From: Octopus sinensis
Lineage: Eukaryota
NCBI RefSeq assembly: GCF_006345805.1
Contig: NC_043015.1
Location: 19,902,001-19,966,000, forward strand
Length of the DNA: 64,000 nt
Direction of reading: 5' to 3'
In this document: positions 60,071 through 64,000 of the stretch, piece after piece
Position numbering within the stretch: the stretch's first letter is position 1
How the letters are laid out: each line of letters opens with the position of its first letter
Notes under the pieces: generated by a model
The model's input: only the letters and a program-made list of their open reading frames with translations
What the model was told of the DNA's origin: nothing
The model's database searches: none
Translations under genes and position numbers: made by a program

Positions 60071-62465
60071 AGTGAATGTGTCATTTTAAAAAACAAAGTA
60101 GATCGGAGCATCAGATGTACATGCTGAGAAGCATGGAAGTTTTGAAGGATGTATTATCTTGATAGCTAACAAGTTATGTGGGTAGTTTATTCCATGTTTC
60201 AGCAATTCTGGGTGTGTAAAGATATTTCCAAAAGTCATGCATACTGTGTTGTTTTTTTGATTTTGTAAGCATGCCCACGGGTGTTAGACATGGAATTCAA
60301 AAAGGTGCACAAGACAGCTGTTGGAAAGATGGTGGATAATCTTGTGGGTCTCTACCAAGTTTTATAATTTCATTATGGTTGATATCCATCTCACACTCAC
60401 ACACACATACCTAGGTAAATATTTGAATGAGAGTAAGCATAGTTGTATGTTTAAGAAGTTTTGTTTCCCAATTGTTCCCGGTTCGATTTCATATTTTGGA
60501 TAGGTGTCTTCTACTGTTGCCCTGAGCCTTGTGAGTAGATTTAGTAGACAGAAACTGAAAGAAGCCTATTGTGTGTATGTGTGTGTGTATATTCATATAT
60601 CATTATCATCATTTAGCATCTATGTTCCATGCTGGCATGGGTTAGATGGCATGATAGAATCCAATGGATCCAAAGTCTGCATCGTGCTCTGATATCAGCT
60701 TTGGCATGGTTTCTCCAGCAAGATGCTCTTCCTTCTGCCACCCAACTTTTCAGAATATACTGGGTGGTTTTTCTTTCCATTCAACTAACAGTAATGAGAT
60801 CTCCCTGGATGTAAAAACAATGCCTCAATGATATATTCACCTAACCCAAGCTAACATGGGAAAACAGATGTAAAATAAAAATAAACAAACGTAGCATCCC
60901 AAATACCTTTAGCAGAGTCCATTCTGTTGCAAGCATTTGAGCTAGGTTTCTAGTACAAGGATCCTTCCTTCCTCCCCAACAGTCTCAAAAGCCCCTGCGG
61001 GAGAGTCATGGCTACAGTCTTCTCTCATCATCATCACCATATATCCGTTTTTCCATGATGACATGGTTTGACAGGAGTTGGCAAGCCAGAGGACTGTGCC
61101 AAGCTCTACTGTCCGCTTTGACATGATTTCTATGGCTGTATGCCCTTCCTAATGCCAACCACTTTACAGAATGTACTGGGTGCTTTGTATGTGGCACCAG
61201 CACCAGTGAGATCACCAAGTAACTTGCCAGATAAGACCCTGCAATCAACTGATTGGAGATTAGTATTGAGAGAGGTGATTTTGTGCCAGGTGAGGAGAGT
61301 TTAGAGTATGAATAGTGAGACAGAAACAGGTGTCTTGCAGGGGAGGAGAACACGGCTCCCCCAGTTGGTTAAAGAGAGAAGGAGAAGCAAGATGCTATTT
61401 AATCATTTGATTAATTGCAGAATTTAAATGGCTAAGTGGCTATGGTATTAGACATTCAGCTAATAAGTCTTAAGTTCAAACCTACTAATTTTCTTAGTAT
61501 CACTACATTTCTTACAATGACATTAGTCACAGAGTTGGTTCTTTTAACCAATGTAAGCATAAATATACATCACAATCATCATCAATGTTTAATTGCAGTC
61601 CAATTATTGCTGGCACTAACTGTCGTTAATTGCCCAGTTTTAGAAACCTCTTTATTATCATAAAAGTTGTGATAATGATAACAATAACAATAATGGTGGG
61701 AGTAATTAGCTGTTAATATTGTTCTTGTTGTGGTTGCTGTCAGGTAGCTATGACAATTTAACTTGTTAACATGTTTTGATAATGACCTGTCTGATACTGT
61801 TTCTAATTCAAAGATATAAAGACTCTTGTCTTAAAGTATTCATACAGAATTTTAAAAACCTTCCATAATCACTTCATATTAAAACATTTTGTTTCACATA
61901 TTTTCCAGTCCCCAGTTTAATAATTTAAACATTATTTACTCTATTAAATCCCACCAAATATTTTACTGCTTTTAAAATGTAGCAAAATGTATTAGCAGTT
62001 TATTTCATTAGATACGGAGTTGCAAAAGTTACTATTCATTGTATAATATTTCGTTTTTGGATTTGGTTTGCAAGATTCTTTATATTAGTTCGTGTGTTGA
62101 AGCATATTCTGTTGTGTCTGGGGAGAGTCATTCTCTTTTAGTGCCTTATCATTTAACACACTCACCAGTGAAATTTCCACTTATTTCTTATTTTTATTTT
62201 CTAAAATTTTCGTTGCGTCTTGTAACCTTTTCAATAGTCTTGACTATTAAGAAATAAGTGGAAATTTTACCAGTAAGTGTGTTAAATAATAAGGCACTAA
62301 AAGAGAATGACTCTCCCCAGACACAACAGAATTGTATAGTATAATATATCAATAAAAATAAAATTTGTTATTGCTTTAATTTTTCATAGATTTTATTGTC
62401 AATGAAACCTAATTCAATGAAAATTGCATTTCCATCACTTATATGTTTTATATATTGTTTTTCAG

Positions 62466-62536
62466 ATATTCCTTTGTGGTTGTCAATGGGTCCCATGTTT
62501 ATTTGGATCATCATATTCTTTACAAGACCTCATAAG
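62466..62536 (+). CDS. ALG9: ALG9 exon 11 (IPLWLSMGPMFIWIIIFFTRPHK); gene continues beyond window
   Basis: tttttcag|AT ... AAG|gttagt; 71 nt; W...PM.IW..IFF..PHK precedes the conserved EERF motif. The 11 exons sum to 1053 nt = 351 codons. Confidence 0.96.
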
Positions 62537-62949
62537 GTTAGTGATATCAACTATATACTTCCATTTCAATGTGTGTGTATGCATGCATGCGCACAGAGAG
62601 AGAGAGAGAGAGAGAGAGAAGCATATGCCTGCCCACACATACAATAGGTTACTGTCGTTTGCATTTACTGAATTCCGCTCATTAGACACTGGTCAGCCCA
62701 AGACTATTGTCACAGACACTTACACAATGTTCCAAGTGGTTACCAAATGTACTTCTAACCACACACATACACCTACACAAAAAAACACACACACACACGA
62801 TTGGCTTCTTTCAGTTTCTGCCTACCAAATCCACTCTGAAGGCTTTGCTTGGCCCAGGGCTATAGAAGACACTTGCCTGAGATACTACTCTGAAACTGGA
62901 CCCACCAAACTCACAGGATTAGGGAGCAAGTATTTTAACCACACGTTAA

Positions 62950-63098
62950 GGCGTTAGGAAGGGCATCCAGCCGTAGAAACACTGCCAGATCTGACTGGGC
63001 CTGACGAAGCCTTCCAGCTTCACAGACCCCAGTTGACCCGTCCAACCCATGCTAGCATGGAAATCGGACGCTAAATGATGATGATGATGATGATGATG
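62950..63098 (+). mobile_element. RTE 3' terminus with (GAT)n tail
   Basis: GGCGTTAGGAAGGGCATCCAGCCGTAGAAAC...GCTAAATGATGATGATG. Confidence 0.85.
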
Positions 63099-63309
63099 TC
63101 TATGCCTATGTCCACAAAGGTATACAGCTATACACTGGAGAATTTGTGATGAACTTGACAAGCCTCGAGAGTCTTCTCGATCCTTCGATGTCTCTGCTCA
63201 TCTGTGAACCACTTTACAGGATGTACTGGAAACGTTTTATTACGGCACCAGGTTTTAGAGAGGTTGTTGTATGAGACAAGGATACTCTCAACCCTGCAAT
63301 TTCACCACT

Positions 63310-63440
63310 TATTTGACAATCTTGCAAGGTTCACAGACAACAGGTGGACCCATGCTGTTGCTGAGTATTATCCAAGAGTTGAGAAAAGGCAATTTGGATG
63401 GCTTCCATGATGATAGAAAGATGATACAGTCAAGCAATTT
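63310..63440 (+). pseudogene. RTE-1-like ORF2 C-terminal remnant
   Basis: LARFTDNRWTHAVAEYYPRVEKRQFG (cf. GHVAR.TDNRWT..V.EW.PR..KR..GRP). Confidence 0.65.
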
Positions 63441-64000
63441 GAGTCAAGATGAAAAAGAATGGCAGAATGAAGACAGAATTGGAAGCTCATTGTGACCAGT
63501 GGTGTATAACAGCATCTGATGGTCTGGTCAGTACTGTGATACTGTGATTTGGTAACGACTTTGTGGAGCATTCTGGCATCTATGCTAATGAGATCAGCTT
63601 GTACCCTGCAAGAGAAAAAGAGGTCCTCACTGCTCAACATTGTCCCCATTGATACACAGCTGCATGAATTATAGAGTGGGTAGAAGAGAGGGTGAGTGCA
63701 GGAGATGAACAAAGGGGAGAGGGAGAGAGTAAAGAGAATGTGAGTTGGAGGTTAGAATGATTGTGTTGAAGAAGAGAGAAAAATGCAGAGATTGCTAGAG
63801 GAGTGACAAAGAGGAGCAGTAAAGGTAGGATATAAGGAGAGAGAGAGAGGGAGGGGACAGTAATAGCATAAGGTAGTGAGAGGGAAGCATTTAGGGCAGC
63901 TGTATGTTTGCAAATAAGAGAGAGAGAGAGAGCAAGTGGGGGGAGTGTGAGGGACATCAGTGTAACAAGTGACCAGAAGAAGGAGCAATGGCAGTTAGCA

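Noticed and set aside
62424-62957. 177-aa ORF, the longest in the track
   Set aside because: Runs through microsatellites and SINE fragments; the real ALG9 exon here is in another frame.

Overview
AT-rich, repeat-dense eukaryotic DNA. The SINE/RTE repertoire and (CAT)n-tailed LINE ends suggest an octopus (coleoid cephalopod); that is an inference, not a database result. Two spliced genes lie head-to-head, 513 bp apart. PCCB (propionyl-CoA carboxylase beta, minus strand) has 8 coding exons at 41066-25891. Its exon 2/3 junction is 1 nt short of frame, and I found no further PCCB exon in the remaining 25.9 kb. ALG9 (alpha-1,2-mannosyltransferase, plus strand) has 11 coding exons at 41580-62536, all phases consistent, and continues beyond the window. 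The rest is mostly mobile DNA: a dead mariner, a 5'-truncated RTE LINE with many 3' fragments, remnants of other RTE lineages, three SINE types, hAT/piggyBac/Tc1-mariner MITEs and a Helentron-like element. The best candidate for a new system is a three-copy element (14670, 30651, 57768). It has a tRNA-derived Pol III head joined to a tail carrying a minimal Penelope-type hammerhead ribozyme motif, and every copy has a variably truncated inverted tail with a ~35-nt extension. That makes it a candidate SINE mobilised by Penelope-like elements. All coordinates and alignments were read by eye. Repeat boundaries without TIRs or TSDs are approximate.
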